Shown: positions 19,916 to 29,346 of the stretch, one piece after another
How positions within the stretch are numbered: position 1 is the first letter of the stretch
Layout: the number at the start of each line of letters is the position of its first letter
Assembly (NCBI GenBank): GCA_032128875.1
Contig: JAVLKG010000016.1
Location: forward strand, 16,329 to 80,328
Length of the DNA: 64,000 nt
Reading direction: 5' to 3'
Source of the DNA: Candidatus Melainabacteria bacterium 17Bon1m
Lineage (GTDB): Bacteria; Cyanobacteriota; Vampirovibrionia; Obscuribacterales; Obscuribacteraceae
Made by a program: the position numbers and the translations under genes
The notes under the pieces: model-generated
What the model saw: only the letters and a program-made list of their open reading frames with translations
The model's database searches: none
What the model was told of the DNA's origin: nothing

Positions 19916-21196
19916 TTAACCGGAGACGAGTTTTACAAACTTGCGACGGCCAACTTGTAGAACCAATTCAGCACCATTGTCGACGGTGACTTGGTGCATT
20001 GGATCTTTCACTTGTTCTCCGTTGATGCGGACGCCGCCTTCTTGCACGAGGCGCTTCGCTTCGCCAGAGCCGCCGGAGAGTTTTGAATCAACCATCACAC
20101 GGAAAAGTGGTGTTGGTTCTGACACCGTATGCGATGGCATGTCGTCGGGAATCTGCTTTTCGCTGTGTACTTTTGTCCAGTTGGCGAGGGCAGCATCAGC
20201 TGCGGCCTGTCCGTGATATTGAAGAACAAGCTGGTGACCAAGTTTTTCTTTTGCGTCCTTCGGGTTTCCGCCTTTTTCAAGCATCTCTTTCACTTCATCA
20301 ATTTCCTTGCCGGAGAAAGCGGAAGTGAGATCGAAATACTTGATAATGAGCTCATCCGGAATGCGCATGCACTTGCCGAACATGTCATCTGGTTCGTCTT
20401 TCAGTGCGATGTAATTGTTGTACGATTTGGACATTTTCTTGACGCCGTCCGTACCTTCAAGCAGCGGAAGCAGCATTGCCATCTGTGCTTCTTGCTTGTA
20501 ATGCGGCTGCAGCTCACGTCCTTGAAGGATGTTGAAGCGCTGGTCAGTCCCGCCGAGTTCGATGTCTGCGCGAATCGCGACCGAATCGTAAGCTTGAAGA
20601 AGCGGATAGAAAAGTTCGTGGAACGATACTGGTTGTTGCTTGTCGAGTCTGTCGCCGAACGCTTCTTTGGCGATAAGTTGGTTGGCCGTGCACGTGCTGG
20701 CCAGCTTGATTACGTCTTTCAAGCTGAGCGGATCTAGCCAATCGGCATTGTTTGTCATCTCGACCTTGTTGAGGTCGAGTATAAGTTCGATCTGATTCAA
20801 ATATGTTTCTGCATTTTTCGCGACGTCTTCGGCTGACAGTGGTGGACGCGTGGCGTTGCGACCAGTGGGATCGCCGATGCGAGCAGTGAATCCGCCAATG
20901 ATAAGAACAACTTGATGACCGAAATCTTGAAACTTCTTGAGTTTGCGAAGAAGAACTGCGTGTCCGACGTGCAAGTCAGCGGCGGTCGGGTCGACGCCGA
21001 GCTTAGCTCTCAATGGGCGTCCTTCTTTCTTTGCCTTATAGATCCGGCGGGCAAGTCCCATTGCGCCATCCGGCAAGACTTCCGCTCCACGACAAAGCTC
21101 TTGCGCTTGGTCGATGATTTCTTGCGGAATCTGTTCTTGGGCGTCTTTGTCGTCTGCCACGGTCTGCTGTTTCACCATCTCGCTGTTCTGAGACAT
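19916..21196 (-). CDS. tyrS: Tyrosine--tRNA ligase
   Basis: KLGVDPTAADLHVGH, GGTDQRFN, KMSKS, C-terminal S4 domain; AAGGA before ATG 21196. Confidence 0.97.
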   Translation of the reverse strand: MSQNSEMVKQQTVADDKDAQEQIPQEIIDQAQELCRGAEVLPDGAMGLARRIYKAKKEGRPLRAKLGVDPTAADLHVGHAVLLRKLKKFQDFGHQVVLIIGGFTARIGDPTGRNATRPPLSAEDVAKNAETYLNQIELILDLNKVEMTNNADWLDPLSLKDVIKLASTCTANQLIAKEAFGDRLDKQQPVSFHELFYPLLQAYDSVAIRADIELGGTDQRFNILQGRELQPHYKQEAQMAMLLPLLEGTDGVKKMSKSYNNYIALKDEPDDMFGKCMRIPDELIIKYFDLTSAFSGKEIDEVKEMLEKGGNPKDAKEKLGHQLVLQYHGQAAADAALANWTKVHSEKQIPDDMPSHTVSEPTPLFRVMVDSKLSGGSGEAKRLVQEGGVRINGEQVKDPMHQVTVDNGAELVLQVGRRKFVKLVSG

Positions 21197-21224
21197 AGCG
21201 GTTTCCTTCGTCATTTTGAGAACC

Positions 21225-21250
21225 GGGCGACGCATGGCGTCGCCCCTACA
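21225..21250. repeat. REP-like palindrome
   Basis: GGGCGACGCATGGCGTCGCCCCTAC. Confidence 0.8.
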
Positions 21251-21449
21251 AAATGCTGGCAGCCGGTTCAGGGTCGCAAGCATTTTAAGTAGCTAAGAAT
21301 CTTAGCATGGACCTCTTCTTTGCTTGTTCCAAAGTACCTACTGAGATAAGATGACTGTTCCGGGGCTCGGAAGAGCACCGGGCTAGGTGTGCTCTGAAAA
21401 GAGCGCCAGGGAGGCTTTCGAGCTTTTCGTATGCGTCCTCAAACTTGGG

Positions 21450-21585
21450 GCGGGCGATGCATCGTATCGCCTCTTTACAGAAAAACAAAATGGGCGCGTG
21501 CAACGCGCCCCCACGCAAAGCAAAAACGGTGCAAGCATCGCGCCGGTACAGAAAAACAAAACGGGCGCGTGCAAGCGCCTCCACG
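21450..21585. repeat. REP cluster upstream of leuS
   Basis: Two copies of ACAGAAAAACAAAA(T/C)GGGCGCGTGCAA..CGCC.CCAC plus degenerate palindromes. Confidence 0.8.
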
Positions 21586-21597
21586 GAGAAAACAGAA

Positions 21598-24144
21598 ATG
21601 GCTAGCCAGTATGTCCCGCAGGATATTGAAGAAAAATGGCAGGTTGAGTGGGAAAAATTAGGCATCTATCAGGCTCACGACCTTGATAAGAAGCCGAAAT
21701 ACTACTCGCTGGTTATGTTTCCGTACCCGTCGGGCGACTTGCACATGGGGCACATGCGCGTTTACACAATCTCTGATGTGATTTCGCGCCAGAGACGCAT
21801 GCTTGGCTACAACGTTCTCAATCCCATGGGTTGGGATGCTTTCGGTTTGCCTGCTGAAAACGCGGCAATGTCGCGCAAGAAACACCCGGAAGAATGGACC
21901 ACCAGCAATATCAAGTTCATGCGTGACGAGCAATTGAAAAAGCTCGGAACTAGCTATGACTGGCGGCGCGAGGTGACGACTTGCAACAAAGATTATTATC
22001 ACTGGACTCAATGGATTATCCTCAAGTTTTTTGAAAACGGGCTCGCCGTGCGTAAAGAAGCACCAGTAAATTGGTGCCCGGACTGCCACACCGTGCTCGC
22101 GAACGAGCAGGTTGTCGACGGCAATTGCTGGCGCCATTTGGAAACCCGCGTCGAGCAAAAGATGATGAGCCAATGGTTCCTCAAAATCACGAAGTATGCA
22201 GATCCGCTTCTCGAAGACCTCGACAAGTTGGTTGGTTGGCCGGAACGCGTTCGCGTTATGCAGCAAAATTGGATCGGAAGATCGGAAGGCGCCGAGCTTG
22301 TTTTCACTGTTGAGAACAAGCCCAATGTTCAAATACCGGTTTTCACAACCAGACCTGACACTGTATTTGGTGTGGCTTGCATGGTGCTCGCACCTGAACA
22401 TGCGCTTGTAAAAGAGCTCACGACGCCTGAGTGCAAGGAAGCCGTCGAGAAGTATGTTGATGAAGCGGCGCACAAGACCGAACTCGACAGGTTGTCGACT
22501 GAAAAGAGCAAAACCGGCGTCCCGATTGGCTCTCATGTAATCAACCCATTTAACGGCGACATCGTTCCGATCTGGGTTGCCGACTATGCGCTCGTGAATT
22601 ATGGAACTGGCGCTGTGATGAACGTACCAGCTCATGATGAGCGCGACTTCGAGTTTGCCAAGAAATTCAACTTGCCGATTAAACAAGTAGTTTCGGAAGA
22701 CGGCACCAAGGTCGACGAAATGAAAGAGGCTTACACCGGCGAAGGCACCATGGTCAATTCCGGCGGTTTCGATGGATTGACCAACGCTGAAGCCAAAAAG
22801 AAAATGACTGAGTGGGCCTCCAACAACAACTGTGGAAAGCCCCGCACACAGTATCGCTTGCGCGATTGGTTGATCAGCCGTCAGCGTTATTGGGGTTGTC
22901 CGATTCCTGTAATCCACTGCGAAAAATGCGGAGTGGTGACAGAGAAGGAAGAGAATCTTCCTGTCATTTTGCCGACTGAAGGTGTTGAGATTACAGGTGA
23001 AGGCGGCTCACCGCTTAAGCGCATGGATGATTGGATCAATGTCACTTGCCATAAGTGCGGCGGTCCGGCTAAGCGCGAAACCGACACCATGGACACGTTT
23101 ATCTGTTCCAGTTGGTATTTCTTGCGTTATCCGGATGCGCTCAACGATAAAGAAGCGTTCGCCAAAGAGAAGGTCAATTACTGGATGCCGGTCGATCAGT
23201 ACATCGGCGGTATCGAGCACGCAATTTTGCACTTGCTCTATGCGCGTTTCTTCACCAAGGCCTTGCGCGATTTGGGCTATGTCAACTGTGACGAGCCTTT
23301 CACCAACTTGCTTTCGCAGGGCATGGTAACTAAGTTTTCGCCCACTTCCGGACGCATCGAGAAGATGTCCAAGTCGCGCGGCAACGTTGTCGGGACGACC
23401 GATTTCTTCAAGAAATACGGCGCGGACTCGGCTCGTTTGTTCACGCTTTTCGCGGCACCACCAGAGCAAGAGCTCGAATGGAATGAGGACGGTGCCGTTG
23501 GACAGTATCGCTTCCTTGGTCGTGTCTGGAGATTGGTCACCGACCTCATCGACGCCGGCGCAATTTCCCAGAATGATGCGGCTCCTGCCTTTGACTCACT
23601 GCCGGATTCTGGCAAAGTGGCGCTCAAATTGGTTCACAAAACTATCAAAGCCGTCACCAAAGATTTGCAGCCAGAAAGATATGTTTTCAACACTGCCATC
23701 GCCCGTTTGATGGAGTTGGTCAACGGTTTGAATGACTATCTCCGCGCCGTGAAAGCGGTTGAAAATCCCCAAAGTCTTTCTGATGGCGAAAAGGCGTTGC
23801 TTGGTTTTGCCAGCCGCCACTTGCTCTTGTTGCTCGCACCGATGGCGCCGCACATTTCGGAAGAGCTTTTCCAGATGTTGCCAGCCCGCAAAGGTAAGAC
23901 TGGTTCGATTCACACCGAGTCCTGGCCCGGTTACGAAGAAGCGTTGACAGTGGACGACGAGATCGAACTGGTCATCCAGGTCAATGGCAAAATCGTTAAC
24001 AAAATTGCCGCCCGCCGGGGGCTCGACAAGCAACAGGCCGAAGAGATTGCATTAACTGACGACAAGGTTAAAGACAAGCTCAATGGAAGCTCAGTGAAAA
24101 AAGTGATTGTCGTGCCCGACAAGCTAGTTAACGTGGTAATTTGA
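21598..24144 (+). CDS. leuS: Leucine--tRNA ligase
   Basis: [37 protein letters not shown] before ATG 21598. Confidence 0.98.
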   Translation: MASQYVPQDIEEKWQVEWEKLGIYQAHDLDKKPKYYSLVMFPYPSGDLHMGHMRVYTISDVISRQRRMLGYNVLNPMGWDAFGLPAENAAMSRKKHPEEWTTSNIKFMRDEQLKKLGTSYDWRREVTTCNKDYYHWTQWIILKFFENGLAVRKEAPVNWCPDCHTVLANEQVVDGNCWRHLETRVEQKMMSQWFLKITKYADPLLEDLDKLVGWPERVRVMQQNWIGRSEGAELVFTVENKPNVQIPVFTTRPDTVFGVACMVLAPEHALVKELTTPECKEAVEKYVDEAAHKTELDRLSTEKSKTGVPIGSHVINPFNGDIVPIWVADYALVNYGTGAVMNVPAHDERDFEFAKKFNLPIKQVVSEDGTKVDEMKEAYTGEGTMVNSGGFDGLTNAEAKKKMTEWASNNNCGKPRTQYRLRDWLISRQRYWGCPIPVIHCEKCGVVTEKEENLPVILPTEGVEITGEGGSPLKRMDDWINVTCHKCGGPAKRETDTMDTFICSSWYFLRYPDALNDKEAFAKEKVNYWMPVDQYIGGIEHAILHLLYARFFTKALRDLGYVNCDEPFTNLLSQGMVTKFSPTSGRIEKMSKSRGNVVGTTDFFKKYGADSARLFTLFAAPPEQELEWNEDGAVGQYRFLGRVWRLVTDLIDAGAISQNDAAPAFDSLPDSGKVALKLVHKTIKAVTKDLQPERYVFNTAIARLMELVNGLNDYLRAVKAVENPQSLSDGEKALLGFASRHLLLLLAPMAPHISEELFQMLPARKGKTGSIHTESWPGYEEALTVDDEIELVIQVNGKIVNKIAARRGLDKQQAEEIALTDDKVKDKLNGSSVKKVIVVPDKLVNVVI

Positions 24145-24367
24145 GAGAAGGTAAGGCACCGCTTTACTGACAATAACCTCGTTGCAACTTTCTGCTTCCT
24201 CGGAAGTGCGCAATCAGGCGGAAGGCGAGACAGGGGCTGATAAATCCTCAGAGTCTCTCATGAACCCCCGGAACCGAGTTAATCCGTCGGCCCGATTGGC
24301 TCAAGCCGCTTTGAGGTAATTAGTTTTATGAGAGTCCTTCTTCAGCTAGATTCTTTAGGAAGAGCGT

Positions 24368-25270
24368 ATGAATCAACCCACCCCCCAAGGTAGAGCTCAA
24401 ATTGAGTCGGCTTCAGGTTTTCCACTAATCACCGTCTCGCTCTTGATGGGCTTGATGTTGGTGTACTACATGAGCTCGACCACAGCCAATGACCGTTTTT
24501 TCGAGATGACTGGTCACGGCTTCAGACCTGATGATGCAGTCCTTGCGTTCCAATCAAGCAACTGGGGCAAGCTTTTCAACATGATGTACGCGAATTTCGC
24601 AAGTTTGCATTATGTGCAGCTCTTCTTCAGTGCTTATTTCATCTGGGTCTTCGGTGGTCACATCGAAGGTAAGATGGGTCCTGCCCGGCTCGGGCTGCTT
24701 GTCTTGCTTGGTTTGACTGTACCGTGGGTCGCAGTCGCCTTGCTCCATTCCGGCAAAGGCAGCGACACGATTTTCGTTGGACCGGTTTTTGTAATTTCGT
24801 CTCTGGTGGGCGCTTACCTGGTGCTCCCTCCTGAAAAGCAGAGACTGAAGAGCTGGATGCCCAAAAACCGCCACCAGATCTTCGACACTGAAGAGAAGAA
24901 GGACGTTCGCGACCACTACATCAAAAACCCGATGATATTCGTCGGAGTGTTTGTGGTCGTGGAATTGGCTTTCCACTTCGCTTGCTCAATGCTGTTTCCC
25001 GGTTATGACACTCTGGATTTCGTCGGCGCAGCAATTGCATTCGGTATGGGATACGGCATGGCTTACGCCTTGCTCTCGTCGGCAACCGGCAATGTCCAGG
25101 ATGCACCGATGAAACTGGGCGTACTGCACCACTATCGCAAGCTCATCGCCATCGACGTTCCTCACGAGCAGGCTCTCATGGGTACCTCCAAGGCTCTGGG
25201 TCTGCCTTACGAGCAAGTTCGCGACTGGGTCAACAAGGACAAGGGCAAGATGAAGATTCGAAATCTATAA
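24368..25270 (+). CDS. Rhomboid-family membrane protein, catalytic residues apparently absent
   Basis: IWVFGGHIEGKMGPAR and LVGAYLVL are rhomboid-like, but GxSG reads VGPVF. Confidence 0.7.
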   Translation: MNQPTPQGRAQIESASGFPLITVSLLMGLMLVYYMSSTTANDRFFEMTGHGFRPDDAVLAFQSSNWGKLFNMMYANFASLHYVQLFFSAYFIWVFGGHIEGKMGPARLGLLVLLGLTVPWVAVALLHSGKGSDTIFVGPVFVISSLVGAYLVLPPEKQRLKSWMPKNRHQIFDTEEKKDVRDHYIKNPMIFVGVFVVVELAFHFACSMLFPGYDTLDFVGAAIAFGMGYGMAYALLSSATGNVQDAPMKLGVLHHYRKLIAIDVPHEQALMGTSKALGLPYEQVRDWVNKDKGKMKIRNL

Positions 25271-25616
25271 GTCAATGGACTACAAGGATTTCGGTCTGTA
25301 ACCCGATTAACACAAACTAAATTAAAAGCGCCTTTCGAGCCACTGGATGACTTCCAAAAACCGAAATGGCGCTTTTTACATGGTGTCATCCTCGTGCCAT
25401 CCTATGAAGGAAGGCGGCGAGCCTGCCACGATTAAGCGGAACTTATCCTTTTCCTTCTAAGTGAGCTTCTAATAACGCGCGCGCGGGGTTGTCGAGGTAA
25501 ACTATCACCTTGGTCTTGGCGTCCGTTAATGCATTGAAGTCAAAGTCCGTTTGTATACAGAACTTTGTCTGACCCGAAGTCCGTAATGCCTGACAGGTGC
25601 TGATCTAGAGGTTTAT

Positions 25617-27596
25617 TTGGTGGTCCAGTCACAAATCGAGCGTGATGTTACCCAGGAAGCTCAAGACAAGGTCGTGCAGCCTATGAGTCCACCGACCGAA
25701 TCGAGCACGCCAGTCAATCCTACTGTCGTTTCCGAGATTTTGGAGATGATCAGATGGAAGCGTCTCATGCAGATCTTCTTCGACGGCATGTTGGCATTCT
25801 TGGCGTTTGCGGGTGCTTTCTTAATCCGCTTCGATGGGCACCTCAACAGCCATTTCTTCCACCAGCTGCTTATCTTCGCGCCTGCGATCGTTTCATTGCG
25901 CCTCTTATCCAACTGGGGATTCGGCACCTACAGGCGCTTGTGGCGCTACACCGGTTTGACCGAAGTGATGGAACTGGGCTGCTCAGTTCTCACTGTAACT
26001 ACGATTTTGACCATCGCACGCGCCCTCGGCTTTATGTCCGTTGAAGGCAGCCAGCTCTCCTACGGCATTATCGCCATCGATGCCGGACTATGCTTTCTGC
26101 TTCTGTGCGCCAGTCGCGTTTTGCGCCGCCTGCAAACAGAGCACAACCAAAGACGTCACTGGCGGCAGCCGGTTCGCAAGCGCGCACTGGTCGTTGGTGC
26201 TGGTGATGCCGGGCAGATGGTGCTGAAAGAACTCGCACAGCGTGCTGACCTCGGCGTTGACGTGGTCGGTATGGTTGATGACGATCCAATGAAGCTCAAG
26301 AAGCGCATCGGCAGTATCACCGTATTCGGTACCACAAAGGAATTGCGCAACTTGGCTGAAAACCTTTGCGTAGATCAAGTTATCATCGCGATGCCTTCCG
26401 CACCGCCGCACGAAATCCGCCGCATTGTGGACATTTGCCGCGAAGCAGAAGTCGAACCGCGCATTTTACCTGGCTTGTTCGAACTTATTGATGGACGCGT
26501 TTCGGTCAGCCAGTTGCGCGAAGTTTCGCTGGAAGATCTGCTCGGGCGCGAACCCGTGCACATGGACTCTGCTGCGATTACTTCCTATCTAGAAGGGCGT
26601 TGCGTGCTCGTCACCGGAGCCGGTGGTTCGATTGGCAGCGAACTGTGCCGCCAAATTCTCAAGTTTCAACCAGCCAAGATTTTGCTCTTGGGTCGCGGCG
26701 AAAATTCTATTTTTGCGATTCACCAGGAATTGAAAAAACGACCTGAGCCGGTCGAGATCATCCCCATCATTGCTGATGTTCGTGACCACGAGCGCATGCA
26801 AGCTGTTTTTGATCGCCACAAGCCTGCTGTTGTTTTCCATGCTGCCGCCCACAAGCATGTTCCTCTCATGGAAGAAAACGTATCCGAAGCGATCACTAAC
26901 AACGTTAGAGGCACGCAAATTCTGGCAGAACTCGCTCATCGCACACACGTAGAAACTTTCGTGCTTGTGTCGTCCGACAAAGCGGTCAACCCCTCGTCTG
27001 TGATGGGCGCCACCAAGCGTATGGCCGAGATGATAGTCCAGAGTCTGGATACGAGATCCCAGACTCGTTTTGCTTCTGTCAGATTTGGCAATGTGCTTGC
27101 CAGCCGCGGTTCTGTGATTCCGCTTTGGAAGCAGCAAATCGCACAGGGCGGTCCAGTCACTGTCACGCATGCTGACGCCACTCGCTATTTCATGCTGATC
27201 CCTGAATCAGTACAGCTCATCTTGCAAGCCGGAGCACTCGCATCCGGTGGTGAAATCTACGTGCTAGACATGGGCAAGCCTGTTCGAATCATCGATCTCG
27301 CATACGACCTGATTCGCTTCTCCGGACTGCGACCGAATCAAGACGTCAAAGTCGAAGTCGTTGGTTTGCGCCCCGGCGAGAAATTGCACGAAGAGCTTCT
27401 CACTGCAGAAGAGGGTCTGACCAAGACCACTTACGAAAAAATCTTTGTCGGGCAGCCGGCCAAAATCGATCACCAGTTGCTCTACAACCAAATCGACAGC
27501 CTGGTGACGGCAGCGCGCGCTGATGATGAAGCGTCCGTCCGCAATCAATTGGATACCGTTCTTGGCGGCACATTGAGCGCACAGAGCTTGGTCTAG
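25617..27596 (+). CDS. Membrane-anchored NDP-sugar 4,6-dehydratase (CapD/PglF/WbpM family)
   Basis: N-terminal TMs, VGAGDAG, VTGAGGSIGSELCRQ, HAAAHKHVP, GLRPGEKLHEEL. Confidence 0.95.
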   Translation: MVVQSQIERDVTQEAQDKVVQPMSPPTESSTPVNPTVVSEILEMIRWKRLMQIFFDGMLAFLAFAGAFLIRFDGHLNSHFFHQLLIFAPAIVSLRLLSNWGFGTYRRLWRYTGLTEVMELGCSVLTVTTILTIARALGFMSVEGSQLSYGIIAIDAGLCFLLLCASRVLRRLQTEHNQRRHWRQPVRKRALVVGAGDAGQMVLKELAQRADLGVDVVGMVDDDPMKLKKRIGSITVFGTTKELRNLAENLCVDQVIIAMPSAPPHEIRRIVDICREAEVEPRILPGLFELIDGRVSVSQLREVSLEDLLGREPVHMDSAAITSYLEGRCVLVTGAGGSIGSELCRQILKFQPAKILLLGRGENSIFAIHQELKKRPEPVEIIPIIADVRDHERMQAVFDRHKPAVVFHAAAHKHVPLMEENVSEAITNNVRGTQILAELAHRTHVETFVLVSSDKAVNPSSVMGATKRMAEMIVQSLDTRSQTRFASVRFGNVLASRGSVIPLWKQQIAQGGPVTVTHADATRYFMLIPESVQLILQAGALASGGEIYVLDMGKPVRIIDLAYDLIRFSGLRPNQDVKVEVVGLRPGEKLHEELLTAEEGLTKTTYEKIFVGQPAKIDHQLLYNQIDSLVTAARADDEASVRNQLDTVLGGTLSAQSLV

Positions 27597-27602
27597 ACAG
27601 TC

Positions 27603-28532
27603 ATGAGTGCAACAACCGAGAGTCCTTTAGCGCAACGCGAAGCGAAGCTTATCGCCGCACTTTCGCGTCTTGAAAGCGTTGTTGTCGCGTACTCCGGTGG
27701 TGTGGATAGCTCGCTGCTTGCATTTTACGCACGCAAGGTTTTGGGTGATAGAGCTCGCATCGTCATTGCTGTTTCACCGAGCTTAGCTTCTGATGAATTG
27801 GACGAGGCGCGTGCGCAGGCTAAACAATTCGGCTGGCAACTCATGGAAGTGACTACCCATGAGGTAGACAATCCTGATTACAGAAAGAATGACGGGCAGC
27901 GCTGCTATTTTTGCAAAGGTGCACTGTTCGCTGCAATGGACGCGCTTGCGAAGCGAGAAGGATACGTCAACCTCGCTTATGGTGCCAACATCGCCGACTT
28001 GGGAGATATCAGACCGGGACAGCGTGCAGCGCAAGAATACAATGTGGTTAGCCCACTGCAAGAGGCACAACTCACGAAAGATGAGATCCGCGAATTGGCT
28101 CGAATAGCGGGTTTGGCGGCCTGGGACAAGCCTCAGTCAGCTTGTTTGTCATCACGGTTTCCCACTTTCGAAACTGTGACGCCTCAACGTTTGAAGGTCG
28201 TCGAGTCCGCGGAAATCGCGCTTCGGAAGCTGGGGTTCAAAGGTTTTCGCGTGCGCTTTCACAGTTTGTCTGCAAGCAAAAAACCTTCCGGTGACGAACT
28301 TTCACTGGCTCGCATCGAATTGACTGACGAAGATTTGAGAAAAATTTCTCTGGATGAAACCTTGCGCGGGCAAATAGCTTCTGCTGTTAAGGACGCGGGC
28401 TTTGCGTTTGTGACTATCGATATTGAAGGTTATAGGCAGGGTTCGTCTAATATCGGACTGGGTTCTCCCTCCGCTGATGAAGTACAGCGGAATTCAGAAT
28501 TCGTACCAGTGGAGTTGACTCGTCGTGGATAA
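27603..28532 (+). CDS. larE: ATP-dependent sacrificial sulfur transferase
   Basis: AYSGGVDS PP-loop, RCYFCK, DIRPG, ACLSSRFP. Confidence 0.92.
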   Translation: MSATTESPLAQREAKLIAALSRLESVVVAYSGGVDSSLLAFYARKVLGDRARIVIAVSPSLASDELDEARAQAKQFGWQLMEVTTHEVDNPDYRKNDGQRCYFCKGALFAAMDALAKREGYVNLAYGANIADLGDIRPGQRAAQEYNVVSPLQEAQLTKDEIRELARIAGLAAWDKPQSACLSSRFPTFETVTPQRLKVVESAEIALRKLGFKGFRVRFHSLSASKKPSGDELSLARIELTDEDLRKISLDETLRGQIASAVKDAGFAFVTIDIEGYRQGSSNIGLGSPSADEVQRNSEFVPVELTRRG

Positions 28533-29337
28533 AGAGAAGCTTCTTACCCTGCTGCAATCCGTCGCTACTCGTACAGTCGAGCCCGAAGCTGCGCTCGAAC
28601 AGCTAAAAGACTTACCTTATGCTGACTTGGGTTTTGCGCGCCTTGATTTGCACAGAAGTTTGCGCCACGGCTATGCGGAAGTGATTTTCTCTCCAGGCAA
28701 AACGCCTGATCAGATCGTTTCGATTGTTCGCAAACTGCGAGAGAACAACGAACTGGTCATAGCAACCAGGGCGGACGCGACTCAGGCTGAAGAAGTTCTT
28801 CGGCAGATACCGGAAGGACGGTATGAAACACTGTCGCGCGCTTTGGTATTTGGCGAAATGCCTGATACCAAATCCGGTGCATTGTCCGTGAATGTCATCA
28901 CCGCCGGAACCGCAGACATCCCTGTCGCAGAGGAGTGCGCGCTGATCTTGCAGACCGCAGGCGTACCGATTCAGAAGCTTTACGATGTCGGAGTGGCTGG
29001 CATTCATCGCTTGCTCTCTAATGTAGAACTCCTCCGCCGTGGCGCTCTGACTGTGGTGTGCGCTGGAATGGATGGCGCCTTGCCGAGTGTAGTCGGCGGA
29101 ATTCTCGATGGACCAGTAATTGCGGTCCCTACGTCAGTTGGTTATGGTGCTGCGTTTGATGGCTTGGCGCCCTTGCTTTCAATGTTGAATAGCTGCGCTG
29201 CCGGCATCACTGTAGTCAATATCGACAACGGCTTCGGCGCTGCATATGCAGCTTTGCGAATGTACAACTCACTAACCAGTAGGGGAGACGCATGCGCCTC
29301 TCTGGGCAGGGCGCCGCATGCGGCGCCCCTACGTTAG
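28525..29337 (+). CDS. larB: Nickel pincer cofactor biosynthesis protein
   Basis: TAGTADIPVAEE, DVGVAGIHRL, AVPTSVGYGA, VVNIDNGFGA. Confidence 0.95.
   Translation: MDKEKLLTLLQSVATRTVEPEAALEQLKDLPYADLGFARLDLHRSLRHGYAEVIFSPGKTPDQIVSIVRKLRENNELVIATRADATQAEEVLRQIPEGRYETLSRALVFGEMPDTKSGALSVNVITAGTADIPVAEECALILQTAGVPIQKLYDVGVAGIHRLLSNVELLRRGALTVVCAGMDGALPSVVGGILDGPVIAVPTSVGYGAAFDGLAPLLSMLNSCAAGITVVNIDNGFGAAYAALRMYNSLTSRGDACASLGRAPHAAPLR
29279..29332. repeat. Inverted REP doublet inside the larB 3' end
   Basis: GTAGGGGAGACGCATGCGCCTCTC ... GGGCGCCGCATGCGGCGCCCCTAC. Confidence 0.75.
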
Positions 29338-29346
29338 TAGGAGTTC

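Noticed and set aside
21285-21665. Short ORFs and N-terminal extensions of tyrS/leuS in the ORF track
   Set aside because: They translate REP palindromes; RBS-supported starts are 21196 and 21598.
21658-22917. 419-aa minus-strand ORF (likewise 8179-9042)
   Set aside because: Antisense shadows of leuS and of the TENK-repeat gene.
24190-24330. Possible riboswitch/ncRNA after leuS
   Set aside because: No family motif recognised by eye; an Rfam search is needed.
25411-25430. ops/JUMPstart-like GGCGGCGAGCCTG upstream of the capD-like gene
   Set aside because: Imperfect match to GGCGGTAG; no rfaH-type gene or long glycan operon in view.
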